A DNA stretch of 64,000 nucleotides, taken from sequence record NC_048046.1. The stretch is one strand, 5' to 3'. This document shows positions 36,700-46,121 of this stretch, piece after piece (positions within the stretch are counted from its first letter, which is position 1; the number at the start of each line of letters is the position of its first letter). The notes below the pieces were generated by a model. It ran no database searches. It worked only from the letters and a program-made list of their open reading frames with translations, and had not been told where the DNA came from. Position numbers and translations under genes: made by a program.

Positions 36700-38033
36700 C
36701 GCAAGCTTTCGAAATCGAGAGCCGACAGTACGGTGACACGGGCGCCAAGCGACCCTTCATCATCGCGCACTGCTCAGGCTGTGACGCCGAGGAAGCGGTT
36801 GCCGATCCAAAAGGTTCCGGCGCCGTCCCGCTGCAATATGCGCAGAAGCTCTTCTCCCGAAAGGGTTGGGAGCTAGGCAGCGTGCGGGCTAAAGACCTCT
36901 GCCCTTCCTGTGTGCGCGCCAAACGGGGACGTAAGGCCGATTCGCCCAAGACGGTGCTGAAAGGTGTCGATGGACCGATCCCCGCCGATCCATCAAAGGC
37001 CGACACCATGCTCGGCGCGAGGCTGATCGAGGCGGCGCGCGCGCTGACCGAAACGCCGAAAGTCACGCCGGCGCCTGTCGCTCAAATCCGCGAGCCTCAA
37101 ATGCCTCCCCCTATCGCCCAAGTTCGCGAACCTCACGCGCCTCCACCGATCAAAGGCGTCGATGATCGCGCCGAAGAACGCCTCGCAGCTTCGCGGAAAG
37201 GCGGCCACAACCGCATCGCAAAACTCACGCCCGAAGAGCGTAGCGCACTCGCTCGTAAGGGCGCGGCGGCCCTGAACAACCGTTCGCCCGAAGAACGAGC
37301 AGCGTCGGCTCGAAAAGCAGCCCAGACCCGCCGCGAACGGGCCGACGAACGCGCGGAGATCAAGCGACTGGCTGACGAGCAGGCCGCTGAAGCCCGTCGC
37401 GAGAAGATGGGTCGTGGGATCAAGGGCTTCTGGGCAGGCCTCACCCAGGAGCAACGCAGCGAACGCGGCAGGGTAGCCGCCGCCACACGCGCTGCAAAGC
37501 TCGCTGCCCAGAAGGCCGGTGTGCCTTTCGTCCATCCTAAGCGCATCACGCCTCAAGAACTCGCCCAAGCCAAGGTCAAGATCGCCAGCGCTACGAGCGC
37601 CGCCAAGAAGCCTCAGGAGTCCCCCATGCCCGCCGCCGCCACCATCAATCCCGTCCCTACCGCCGACCAACCGCGTCAGGCCACGCGTGAGCAGAACCAG
37701 AAAATCCTGGAAAAGCTCCACGAGGTCTACGACTCGTCCGATCCGGCGAATCCGCACTATATCTCGACCTATACCGATAAGCAGGTCGCTGAAGAGCTTC
37801 ACTATCCGGCCGCCTGGATCGCGGCCGTGCGCGACCAGTTCTTCGGCCCGGAAAAGAACGAAGCCGCCGAACTGCTCATCAAGGACGCCAAGGCGCTGAA
37901 GGCGCGCCAGGAAGACCTTAAGGCGCGTTTCGCCAAGCACTTCGAGGAGTTGACCCGCATGGATGACGAGATGCGTCGCCTGAACGAAGCCGTCGTCGCG
38001 ACCTGCCGCCGGGCCGGCATCCCGATCAACTAG
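36696..38033 (+). CDS. multi-module protein: Zn ribbons, Pro-rich linker, RKGG/TPEER repeats, C-terminal helical domain
   Basis: CSGC..CPSC; QIREPQMPPP/QVREPHAPPP; LTPEERSALARKG, SPEERAASARKA, LTQEQRSERGR. Confidence 0.7.
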   Translation: MTQAFEIESRQYGDTGAKRPFIIAHCSGCDAEEAVADPKGSGAVPLQYAQKLFSRKGWELGSVRAKDLCPSCVRAKRGRKADSPKTVLKGVDGPIPADPSKADTMLGARLIEAARALTETPKVTPAPVAQIREPQMPPPIAQVREPHAPPPIKGVDDRAEERLAASRKGGHNRIAKLTPEERSALARKGAAALNNRSPEERAASARKAAQTRRERADERAEIKRLADEQAAEARREKMGRGIKGFWAGLTQEQRSERGRVAAATRAAKLAAQKAGVPFVHPKRITPQELAQAKVKIASATSAAKKPQESPMPAAATINPVPTADQPRQATREQNQKILEKLHEVYDSSDPANPHYISTYTDKQVAEELHYPAAWIAAVRDQFFGPEKNEAAELLIKDAKALKARQEDLKARFAKHFEELTRMDDEMRRLNEAVVATCRRAGIPIN

Positions 38034-38037
38034 GCTG

Positions 38038-38078
38038 TTGACATCGTCATGGGTTTCTTTACAAGGCCCATGACGATC
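38038..38078 (+). promoter_or_regulatory. class B phage promoter
   Basis: TTGACA..GTTTCTTTACA..GACGATC. Confidence 0.75.
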
Positions 38079-38094
38079 ACACAGAGGAGGCCCT

Positions 38095-38790
38095 ATGGAA
38101 GTCACCATCAACACCCTGGCGCTGGCGACGGTTACCACCGGTCATGGCTTGGTGAGCGACATCGAAGACATCTTCGTGGCGCTGGAGGCTCTCTGGGGTA
38201 GCCGTCCGTCGATGCTTCACGTCAGCATGGCGGCTCAGGTCGCGGCCCGGCACGTTCGTGGCGCTCTGCCGGATTTTCCTGACGAGACCGACGCCGAAGA
38301 TTTCGGCACGTGGCCCGACTGCGTGGATGCCTACGCCACCTACCTGACGGCCAAGTTCGGCGAAACAGTGACCCTGCCGCCGATCCACCAAGAGCCGGTG
38401 AACGAGAACCTGCCGCTGGAATCGCTCTTCAACGCCAGTTACGTCGAAGACGATGTGGTGATCCTGGCCGGTAGCGGCCTCACGATCCCGGTACGCGCCC
38501 TTCAGGCTGGCATCCTGGTCGACGGCGTCGCCCGCAACGCCGAGTATCCCGAGTCTTTCCAAATCCCCTCGGAATACGAGCGCGAGAACCTGAAGCTGGG
38601 CGCATCCGTCAAGGTGTGCATCGAGGTGGATCAAGGTGGCGGCGAGCGATTCTGGACCGATGTCGTCGCGCGCCTGGACGACGGGGACTACCTCGTCAAG
38701 GTCGACAACCATCTGGTCAATTCGATCTATCACGGTGTGCGCCTGAACGACATCCTGCGTGTCGCGCCCAAGCACATCCTGACAACCTGA
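38095..38790 (+). CDS. hypothetical protein, C-terminal DUF2314-like domain
   Basis: GERFWTDV..YLVKVDN..HGVRLND. Confidence 0.6.
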   Translation: MEVTINTLALATVTTGHGLVSDIEDIFVALEALWGSRPSMLHVSMAAQVAARHVRGALPDFPDETDAEDFGTWPDCVDAYATYLTAKFGETVTLPPIHQEPVNENLPLESLFNASYVEDDVVILAGSGLTIPVRALQAGILVDGVARNAEYPESFQIPSEYERENLKLGASVKVCIEVDQGGGERFWTDVVARLDDGDYLVKVDNHLVNSIYHGVRLNDILRVAPKHILTT

Positions 38791-38814
38791 TCCGGCGCCG
38801 ACGAAAGGACCCCT

Positions 38815-39027
38815 ATGACGCTGCCGCCTACCTGCGAAGCCCTGGTTACCGGGCTCACCGATCGCTCCCAGGAGCGCGAAATCAAGGCCGCCATCCGCGC
38901 GGTCGCCAAGGACGTGCCGCCCGAGCAGCACGACAAGGCGTTCGATCGCGTGCGCCGCGCCTGCCACATGAACCGTGGCACGTTCAAGCGCCTGATGAAG
39001 CACGCCACTTCGCGGGTGGACGCCTGA
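38815..39027 (+). CDS. hypothetical protein
   Basis: ORF in gene run. Confidence 0.6.
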   Translation: MTLPPTCEALVTGLTDRSQEREIKAAIRAVAKDVPPEQHDKAFDRVRRACHMNRGTFKRLMKHATSRVDA

Positions 39028-39866
39028 TGGCGGGCAAGGACGATCTCGGCGATCGGATGAAGGAGTACGAGTTCCACGAAACGGGACGTCGCTTCCTCTC
39101 CATGCTGCCTGTCTATGCCCGCATCGACGGGCGCGGCTTCTCGAAGTTCACGCGCGGCATGGACAAGCCGTTTGATCCGCGCATGTCGGCCGCGATGATC
39201 GAGACGACCAAGTACCTCGTCCAGCACACCGGCGCCCTGATCGGCTACACGCAGTCCGACGAGATCAGCCTTGTCTGGAAGGCCCCGGACTACAAGTCCT
39301 CGATCTTCTTCAACGGTAAGATCACCAAGATGACCAGCGTCCTCGCCGGTCTCGCTACAGCCGCCTTCGGTAAGGAGATTCGTGGCTGGGCTCCCTACGA
39401 GGACCGCCTGCCGTGCTTCGATGCTCGCGTGCTGCAACTGCCGCAGGACTACGAAGCAGCCAACATGCTCCTGTGGCGCGCGCTGGATGCTGAGCGCAAC
39501 GCCGTCAGCATGCTGGCCCAGGCTCACTTTTCGCATAAGGAACTGCAAGGCAAGACGCAGCGCCACATGCACGAGATGCTCGCGGGCAAAGGGGTCAAGC
39601 TGACGGACTATCCCGAAGCGGCCCAGCGCGGCACGTTCGTTCGTCGCGTGGTCTATGATCATCCGACCATGCTCGTCGACATCGAGACCATTCCCGGACC
39701 GACGTTCGTGCCGAGCAGTGTCAAGCGCACCAAGGTCGACGTCATCCCCATGCCGTCGTTCCGCTACGTCAAGAACCGTACAGAGGTCGTGTTCGACGGC
39801 GCCGAACCCGAACACCTGGAAACCCTGGAGCGCTGGGAACGCATGACGGGCGAAGCCAATGATTGA
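39027..39866 (+). CDS. thg1: tRNA(His) guanylyltransferase Thg1 / Thg1-like 3'-5' polymerase
   Basis: DRMKEYE, ARIDGRGFSKFT, YTQSDEISL, FDARV, HFSHKELQG. Confidence 0.92.
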   Translation: MAGKDDLGDRMKEYEFHETGRRFLSMLPVYARIDGRGFSKFTRGMDKPFDPRMSAAMIETTKYLVQHTGALIGYTQSDEISLVWKAPDYKSSIFFNGKITKMTSVLAGLATAAFGKEIRGWAPYEDRLPCFDARVLQLPQDYEAANMLLWRALDAERNAVSMLAQAHFSHKELQGKTQRHMHEMLAGKGVKLTDYPEAAQRGTFVRRVVYDHPTMLVDIETIPGPTFVPSSVKRTKVDVIPMPSFRYVKNRTEVVFDGAEPEHLETLERWERMTGEAND

Positions 39867-40251
39867 TCTCACCCCCACGAGTCGCAACTTCCTGCGCGGC
39901 GACTTCCTGGATGCGAACAACGTAAGCTGTTCGATCCAAGAGTCCTCGGCCGCCATGGATAGTCTGCTCTGGCTCGGGTGCGACGGATCACGGATGCACC
40001 TGACGCAGGGTATGGCCGCCGATCTGCTGCCGCATATCCAGCGTTTCGTGGCGACGGGCGAACTCGCCGATAGCCCTGTGCCCGCCGGCGAGGAGCCGCC
40101 GCTGGACCTGCTGGAGGCGCGTGTTGCCGAGATGGTGCAGCGTATGTGTCCGCCCGGCGTCCTGCCGACACGCGGCCAGGAGCGAGATGCTTCAACCCTG
40201 GCTGCTCTCATCCGCATGGCGCGTCGCGGCGCCTCAGTCCCGAACCTGTAG
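39859..40251 (+). CDS. hypothetical protein
   Basis: CSIQESSAA..LWLG..RMHLTQ motif. Confidence 0.7.
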   Translation: MIDLTPTSRNFLRGDFLDANNVSCSIQESSAAMDSLLWLGCDGSRMHLTQGMAADLLPHIQRFVATGELADSPVPAGEEPPLDLLEARVAEMVQRMCPPGVLPTRGQERDASTLAALIRMARRGASVPNL

Positions 40252-40260
40252 GAGGCCCAG

Positions 40261-40611
40261 ATGAACCAGTCCGACCCACAGACGACGATCCACGAGGCCT
40301 GCGCCCGCGCGATCGCCTGGATGGCCCGAGGCCATGTCGCGCACGAGCATCTCTTCCTGGACTCGGTGGTCGAGCGCATCCGCGCTGTCCCGCGCCAGGA
40401 AAAGGCCTACGAGGTCTACACGGCCGTGCTGACCGATCTGACCCGGATGAACGCCGTGCTGGAAGCCGAAGGCCCCGCCTCCGCCAACAAGGCGCGTCTG
40501 GTCGCGGTCTCGATGACCCGCATCATGGAAGAAGTCGGGCCGCGCCTGGACGATCCTATGAACATCTACTCGGATCATCACAAGTGGTGGCCGATGGTGG
40601 AAGCGGCGTGA
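40261..40611 (+). CDS. hypothetical protein
   Basis: RBS GGAGG. Confidence 0.7.
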   Translation: MNQSDPQTTIHEACARAIAWMARGHVAHEHLFLDSVVERIRAVPRQEKAYEVYTAVLTDLTRMNAVLEAEGPASANKARLVAVSMTRIMEEVGPRLDDPMNIYSDHHKWWPMVEAA

Positions 40612-41159
40612 AGTACCACAACCTCTTCCTTGGCATCGACTATGATGATGCCTACCGCGCCGTGACCGTCACGCTACGCGACGGCGCCGAAGTGCGCTTC
40701 GAGACGGGCGATCCGCCGGCCGACTTCGCCAAAGCGGTCGAGTACGCCCGAGGAGAGTGCTTACACATCGGTTGCAACGTGATGACGTCCTCGTCCCTCG
40801 ACGGGTTCGTCTTCGATGTACCGGGCTGGAAGTACGACGACGATGACATGCTGGTTCGCGATCCGAGCGACCACATCGCCTCCCTCGCCGAAGTCATGTC
40901 AGGCTGCCCCATGGAGTGGGAAGGTAAGCTGGAAGACGGTACCCACTTCTATGCCCGATATCGAGACGGACGTTTTCGGGTAGGCTTTGGTGAGACGGAC
41001 ATCCAGGCCGTCGATCGCGCGGTCAGTAGCGACAAGGGCTACACTGCTCAAATCGGCGAGCGCCTAGAAGGTTTCCTGACCTGGGCCGAGGCGCTGCCGC
41101 ACTTCAACCAAGCCCTCCTGAAGCGCGTGGGCTACGACGTGAGACAAGACGACGAATGA
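40608..41159 (+). CDS. hypothetical protein
   Basis: GTGA overlap; CPMEWEG..FYARYRDG motif. Confidence 0.7.
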   Translation: MKYHNLFLGIDYDDAYRAVTVTLRDGAEVRFETGDPPADFAKAVEYARGECLHIGCNVMTSSSLDGFVFDVPGWKYDDDDMLVRDPSDHIASLAEVMSGCPMEWEGKLEDGTHFYARYRDGRFRVGFGETDIQAVDRAVSSDKGYTAQIGERLEGFLTWAEALPHFNQALLKRVGYDVRQDDE

Positions 41160-41566
41160 CGCCGATCCCTACCGACCTGACCTGTTTCCAACTCGTCCGC
41201 ATCGACCTCGCCAGCTTGAACCCCGGTAAGGGCATGGCGCAGACCAATCACGTTGGCACCAAGCTGGTCTACGATTCCCGCAAGTGGGACCCGATGCAGA
41301 CCGCCTGGGTGGAGACGTGGCTGGAAGAAGCCGATGGCTTTGGCACCGTCTTCACCTACGGAGCCACCCTGGAGCAGATGCGTACGGCCGTGATCCTAGG
41401 CAACGCCGCCGGCTGCCCTTCCAAGGTCATCGCCGATCCTACCTATCCGATCCGAGACGGCGAATCCTTGCACTTCCTGCACCTGGAAACGGCCGCCTAC
41501 GTGTTCGGCTCGCGCGCCGTTATCCTGCCCCTGATGAAGGTGCTTGGTCTGGTGTGGCATCCGTAG
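41156..41566 (+). CDS. Pth2-like peptidyl-tRNA hydrolase
   Basis: LVRIDL..LNPGKGMAQTNH, VIADPT, ETAAYVFG. Confidence 0.65.
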   Translation: MTPIPTDLTCFQLVRIDLASLNPGKGMAQTNHVGTKLVYDSRKWDPMQTAWVETWLEEADGFGTVFTYGATLEQMRTAVILGNAAGCPSKVIADPTYPIRDGESLHFLHLETAAYVFGSRAVILPLMKVLGLVWHP

Positions 41567-41865
41567 TGATCCGCTTCAAGCACGCTGATTTTACCGACTG
41601 CGAACTCGTTTCGTTCGGCGAGGGGCGCGGACGTCTTCAAGGCATGGCAGGCTTCGTGAATTGCCGTACTGCTGCCGGCGCAGAATTCCAGGCTATGCTC
41701 CGGGCCTCGGAGAAACTTCGCAAGCGCTTACTCGGTCCGGACGGCGCCCGCGTGAAGCGTGTTCAGGTTCAGCATATGGGCCTGAACATCTGGGGCAATC
41801 CTCGTCTAGGCATGGCGATCAAGTTCATGGACGCGGACGGAAACGATCTGGCGTTCGAGAGTTGA
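41566..41865 (+). CDS. stand-alone OB domain resembling ATP-dependent DNA ligase C-terminus
   Basis: RFK..D..ELV..EGRGRLQGMAG..C..GAEF..QHMGL..GNPR. Confidence 0.6.
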   Translation: MIRFKHADFTDCELVSFGEGRGRLQGMAGFVNCRTAAGAEFQAMLRASEKLRKRLLGPDGARVKRVQVQHMGLNIWGNPRLGMAIKFMDADGNDLAFES

Positions 41866-41906
41866 CAGACGGCAGATGATTGGTCTACCAGGGTCCTATT
41901 GACGAT
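41862..41906 (+). promoter_or_regulatory. class A phage promoter
   Basis: GAGAGTTGACAGACGG...CTACCAG..GACGAT. Confidence 0.65.
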
Positions 41907-41918
41907 AGAGGAGGCCCT

Positions 41919-42107
41919 ATGAAATTGTCCAAAGCCCAAGAGGAATTCTTGCGCGCGCTGCCGTCGACGGCCCACGAGGGCTATCAACCGGCACGCAAGC
42001 TGGTCGAACTCGGACTGGCGTCCAAGGAGGCCCAGAAGTACGGCTCCGATCGGTACGCCCGTACGGCCGCCGGCGATGCCTGGATCGCCCAGAAGGATGC
42101 CGCCTGA
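41919..42107 (+). CDS. small winged-helix-like protein
   Basis: RBS GGAGG; KLVELGLA..YARTAAG. Confidence 0.6.
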   Translation: MKLSKAQEEFLRALPSTAHEGYQPARKLVELGLASKEAQKYGSDRYARTAAGDAWIAQKDAA

Positions 42108-43087
42108 TGGGCCGCGAACTCCGCCGTGTGCCACTCGATTTCGCGTGGCCCGTGAACACGACCTGGGAAGGGTTCCTGAACCCGCACTACACGGCGACGC
42201 CGTGTCCCATCTGCGTCGACAACTCGGGCCACTCGACGGGCTACTCGCCCTACGCCCAGAAGGTCATGGACCAGTGGTACGGCCATCGGGGCGGCATCAA
42301 GGAAGTGCCCGCCTACAGCCAGCCGCATCTGCCGACCGATGACCACGTCATCGCGTACGCTCAGCGTCAACTCGACCACAGTCCCGGCTACTACGGCCGA
42401 GGTCCAGAAGCCCTGGCCCGCGAAGCGCTGCGCCTGAGCAATCTCTGGAACGAGTCGCTCAGCCACCACATCGACCAGGATGACGTGCAGGCACTGATCG
42501 ACGCTGGCCGACTGCACGACTTCACCCACGACTGGCGCGCAGACGACGAAGGCAAGTTCAAATGGTTCGCCAAGGAACCGGCAGTCATCCCGACCGCGCG
42601 CGAAGTCAACATCTGGTCCTGCGGCGGCATGGGACACGACGGCATCAACATGTCGATCGTGATCCGCAGCCGCTGCGAGCGCGCCGGACAGCCGACGACC
42701 TGCACCCACTGTGAAGGTCATGGGAATGTCTGGGCCTCCGAGGAAGACCGGAAGCGCTACGACGCCTGGGAACCGACACCGCCACCCAAAGGCGAAGGCT
42801 GGCAAATCTGGGAGACCGTCTCCGAGGGCTCGCCGATCACGCCCGTCTTCGCTACGCCGGAAGAACTGGCCCGCTACAAGGCCGATCATCCCTACGGCAC
42901 CGACGATGCCAGCTACGAGTCGTGGATGACGTTCCTGCTCGGCGACGGCTGGGCGCCATCGGCGATCGGCATCTCTGGCGTCGGCCTCGTGAGCGGCGTC
43001 GAAGGTCTCGCACGGCTGAAAAAGCAGCGCACTGGCGACTACGACCCGAACGAGTACGCCGACATCGGCGTGGAGGAGCGGTTCTGA
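42107..43087 (+). CDS. conserved phage protein with Zn-binding motifs
   Basis: MGRELRRVPLDF, CPIC, CTHC, GWQIWETVSEGSPITPVF. Confidence 0.75.
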   Translation: MGRELRRVPLDFAWPVNTTWEGFLNPHYTATPCPICVDNSGHSTGYSPYAQKVMDQWYGHRGGIKEVPAYSQPHLPTDDHVIAYAQRQLDHSPGYYGRGPEALAREALRLSNLWNESLSHHIDQDDVQALIDAGRLHDFTHDWRADDEGKFKWFAKEPAVIPTAREVNIWSCGGMGHDGINMSIVIRSRCERAGQPTTCTHCEGHGNVWASEEDRKRYDAWEPTPPPKGEGWQIWETVSEGSPITPVFATPEELARYKADHPYGTDDASYESWMTFLLGDGWAPSAIGISGVGLVSGVEGLARLKKQRTGDYDPNEYADIGVEERF

Positions 43088-43803
43088 TGTCGGTGTTCGA
43101 CGAGGGCCTCAGCCAACTCGCCCTGGACCCCGCCGATACGCCGGCGGGGGTCTTCTCGATCATCGCGAATCGCCTGGAAGGGGCGATTTGCGGTGACGAA
43201 CAGGAACTGCGCCTGCTGACCGAGAAACTCGACGAGACGTTCCGAATCGCTCTCAAGAACAAGGTCGGCGTGGCCCAGGTGATCTTGGGCCGCGAGCCTG
43301 ACTGGAAGACCGAGGCTGCCTACGCGCTGGGTCGCCTATCCTTCGCCCTGGAATTGGCGCAACGCACGTTGAGCCGTCGGCCGCCTGAGGGCTTCTATAC
43401 GATGCTCGACGACTACGGCTGGAGCGGACTCTACAAGGTGCTGCTCAAGCAGGGTCGGATATCGCTGGCGTCACGCCTCGATCCCAAGGCAACCAAGAAG
43501 CGGCGCAAGGAGGAACGCGACCGCTTCCAAGTTCTCGTGAACGCGGGCGTCGTCGACTTCGTCGAGGAAGGTGGCGACACCATTTTCATGCTGACGCCGG
43601 CCGCGCGGTCCTATCTGGAGAACAAGCCACCGCTGACCCTGGGCCTGCCTGAAGAACTGCTGGCGGGATGGGGCGACCTCGACAGCGCGATCAACCGCGT
43701 CATCACTTCGCTGCCGGCGCAGATTTCGGCCAACATGGAAGACCTGGAAGGACGCAAGCGGACTTTCCGTGAACTGATCCATAAGCTCGCAATGGGGCGC
43801 TGA
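43087..43803 (+). CDS. hypothetical protein
   Basis: TGATG coupling. Confidence 0.7.
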   Translation: MSVFDEGLSQLALDPADTPAGVFSIIANRLEGAICGDEQELRLLTEKLDETFRIALKNKVGVAQVILGREPDWKTEAAYALGRLSFALELAQRTLSRRPPEGFYTMLDDYGWSGLYKVLLKQGRISLASRLDPKATKKRRKEERDRFQVLVNAGVVDFVEEGGDTIFMLTPAARSYLENKPPLTLGLPEELLAGWGDLDSAINRVITSLPAQISANMEDLEGRKRTFRELIHKLAMGR

Positions 43804-44177
43804 TGACTGAACTCGAAGAGCGTCTCGACCCTCAGACGCTCGCCGACCTGATCTATCGTCACTTCTACAACGGGCCAGTCGGCGGCGCCCGGCACCGCCT
43901 TGCGCGCATCATCCGCAATCACGTGATGGGCCTGCCTATCATGTACTTCCAGGAAGTGCTGGACGAGTACCTGACGTCGGCCCTGGCGCTGAACGACAGC
44001 ACGGACCCTGCGATACGCGCCGAGAACCAGAAGGCCCTGGCAGATGCGCGTGCGTTGTTCTGGAAGGGCCTGAACGGCGTGGCTGATCCGGTCTATGTCG
44101 ATGGACTGATCGCTTATGCTGCTGCCAAGGAACTAACACCTTGCATCGCGGACACGATCGCGCGGAGGCGGACATGA
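43803..44177 (+). CDS. hypothetical protein
   Basis: TGATG coupling. Confidence 0.7.
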   Translation: MTELEERLDPQTLADLIYRHFYNGPVGGARHRLARIIRNHVMGLPIMYFQEVLDEYLTSALALNDSTDPAIRAENQKALADARALFWKGLNGVADPVYVDGLIAYAAAKELTPCIADTIARRRT

Positions 44178-44506
44178 AGCACGTGCCTCCCAAGACAATT
44201 AACGCAATCCGTCGACTCAGGAAGGTACTAAATCGCACACCAGAATCGTTAGCGCTCCAATTTGATTTGCCGGTAGAGCAGATTATTCAACTTATCAATC
44301 TAAAAAACGTAGCCGACACTAAAGTGGTCCCAGATAGTGAGTCTCGTATTTTTAGTCATGCGGCGGTCATTAGACTTGTAGGACAAAGTGTGTATTCGTA
44401 TCGCGCTATAGCGCGTCACTTTAAAGTCAATGTCGGCACGATAGCAAAGATAGTGGATCGCAAAGCGCCTTGGCTGAAAAAGGCTGCGCGCCGGAAACCG
44501 TCATAA
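44174..44506 (+). CDS. AT-rich gene, tandem HTH-like DNA-binding protein
   Basis: TPESLALQFDLPVEQIIQL and SYRAIARHFKVNVGTIAKI; atypical codons. Confidence 0.7.
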   Translation: MKHVPPKTINAIRRLRKVLNRTPESLALQFDLPVEQIIQLINLKNVADTKVVPDSESRIFSHAAVIRLVGQSVYSYRAIARHFKVNVGTIAKIVDRKAPWLKKAARRKPS

Positions 44507-44964
44507 TGTATCCAGTCTCCGTTCCCCATCTCCAGCAGATCGCCGATCCGTACGAGAACGTCGTCTGGCACCTCGATATCGACTCTCCGATCACTCGGCG
44601 GGAGGTCCGTGACGCAATCGCTCAAGGGCGCTATAGCGGTCACATTTCCACCGCACTGCACTCCCGCAACTGGAACGACCCGACGGAGCGGCGGCGGACC
44701 CACGCTGAACGCATCGCGCACCTCGTCACCTTCGGGTGGCATGACGCAATCATGATCGACGTCGGCATCCCGAGCTACTTCTTCGGCGCACGTCCTCCCT
44801 ACTGGCCCGTCACGGACGGCAACCACCGGCTGGCGGCGGCGATATATCGTAGCGATCCCTACATCGCAGGCGACGTTGTCGGCAGCATCGAAGAAGCCTG
44901 CCGCCTGGGCCTGGGTCCGCCCGGTCAAGTGCGTCCTCCGATCCCCATGGTGATCAATGGCTAA
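44506..44964 (+). CDS. ParB/sulfiredoxin-like domain protein
   Basis: RIAHL..DAIMID..VTDGNHRLAAAI. Confidence 0.7.
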   Translation: MYPVSVPHLQQIADPYENVVWHLDIDSPITRREVRDAIAQGRYSGHISTALHSRNWNDPTERRRTHAERIAHLVTFGWHDAIMIDVGIPSYFFGARPPYWPVTDGNHRLAAAIYRSDPYIAGDVVGSIEEACRLGLGPPGQVRPPIPMVING

Positions 44965-45190
44965 GCACCCTCCAATCCCGCAGGACTGTCGAACCTGCCC
45001 GTCTCTCTGGACCCAAGGTCGCAAGGATGGGCAACACGATCGCTGGTGCTGCCACTTCGGTGCGCCGGCGCCCCGGATGATCGGGCATTGCAAGACGACC
45101 GGCTACTTCGGCAGCGCTGCCCACGAGAAGCATAAGGGCGATTTCCCTCGTCCGGCCCGAGTCAAGCCGAAGGACCGCGTCAGCCTGTGA
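44957..45190 (+). CDS. small Cys-containing protein
   Basis: CRTC..WCC..GHC. Confidence 0.6.
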   Translation: MAKHPPIPQDCRTCPSLWTQGRKDGQHDRWCCHFGAPAPRMIGHCKTTGYFGSAAHEKHKGDFPRPARVKPKDRVSL

Positions 45191-45690
45191 ACCGCCCGAT
45201 CCTGTTCCTGGACTGCGACGGCGTTGTCAATACGACGTCGACCGAACCGCTGCCTTACGACAAGCGCCGGCCGGCGTGGCGCAAATATGCCCACCTCTCC
45301 GAGCCCGCGATCGTAGCGCGCCTTAAGGCCTTCGTGCAGGCCCACAACATGATCGTGGTGGTGTCGAGCACGTGGCGTAAGCTGAACACGCGCGCGCAGT
45401 TCATCTCCTATCTCGGAGATTGGCTTCAGGCTCACATTCCGCGCTCGAAGCATTGGCGGACCGTCTCGACCAACAAGGGCTTCCGTGGTGAAGAGGTGCG
45501 CATCTGGTTCCGTGCTAACCCTCGCCACGGCGCCGCGCCTTACGTGATCTTCGATGACGACAGCGACTTCTATCCTGACCAGCCGCACGTCAAGACGCAT
45601 TACGACCACGGCCTGACTGACGCCAACATCGCGCGCGCTTCTCAACTTCTGGCAGAACAGCAGTGTTCGACTCTTTCGTCTACCACCTGA
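45187..45690 (+). CDS. HAD phosphatase of the Swiss-Army-Knife RNA-repair type
   Basis: LFLDCDGVVN, VVSSTWR, RGEEV, YVIFDDDSD, GLT. Confidence 0.82.
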   Translation: MNRPILFLDCDGVVNTTSTEPLPYDKRRPAWRKYAHLSEPAIVARLKAFVQAHNMIVVVSSTWRKLNTRAQFISYLGDWLQAHIPRSKHWRTVSTNKGFRGEEVRIWFRANPRHGAAPYVIFDDDSDFYPDQPHVKTHYDHGLTDANIARASQLLAEQQCSTLSSTT

Positions 45691-46121
45691 ACGCTTATCG
45701 CCAGCGCAAAGGTAAGTACCGGGTCTTCCGCTACATGGGGCGGGAAGACGGCAATCCGATGCGCATCGTCTACTCCCGCAATTTCGGCCCGTCGCTCAAT
45801 GGCGAGACGCGATTCACGTTGGTATTAGGTATCGACACGAAGCTGTTCAGCTACTCGCTGATGATCAACCGCTACAGCGAGCGTTACGTCCTCAATCCCC
45901 ACACCGACGGCATCGATCACAACGAAATCCTGCTGCTGGAACTGATCCGGGCCAGGGCCGGCGGCGTCTTCTCGGCTGGCGCGGGCGCACGCTCATGGCT
46001 GAAGGGTCGCATCTGGCGGCTCGACGGCGGGCAAGTGGAGCACGGCTTCACGAAGATCGAGAAGGGATCGCGGTTGACGCTGATCTTTCAGCGCGGTCAG
46101 CATGGTGGACGCTGCCCTTGA
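45663..46121 (+). CDS. putative 2OG-Fe(II) oxygenase
   Basis: LNPHTD (HxD), GGVF, EHGFTKIEKGSRLTLIF (H..R). Confidence 0.65.
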   Translation: MFDSFVYHLNAYRQRKGKYRVFRYMGREDGNPMRIVYSRNFGPSLNGETRFTLVLGIDTKLFSYSLMINRYSERYVLNPHTDGIDHNEILLLELIRARAGGVFSAGAGARSWLKGRIWRLDGGQVEHGFTKIEKGSRLTLIFQRGQHGGRCP

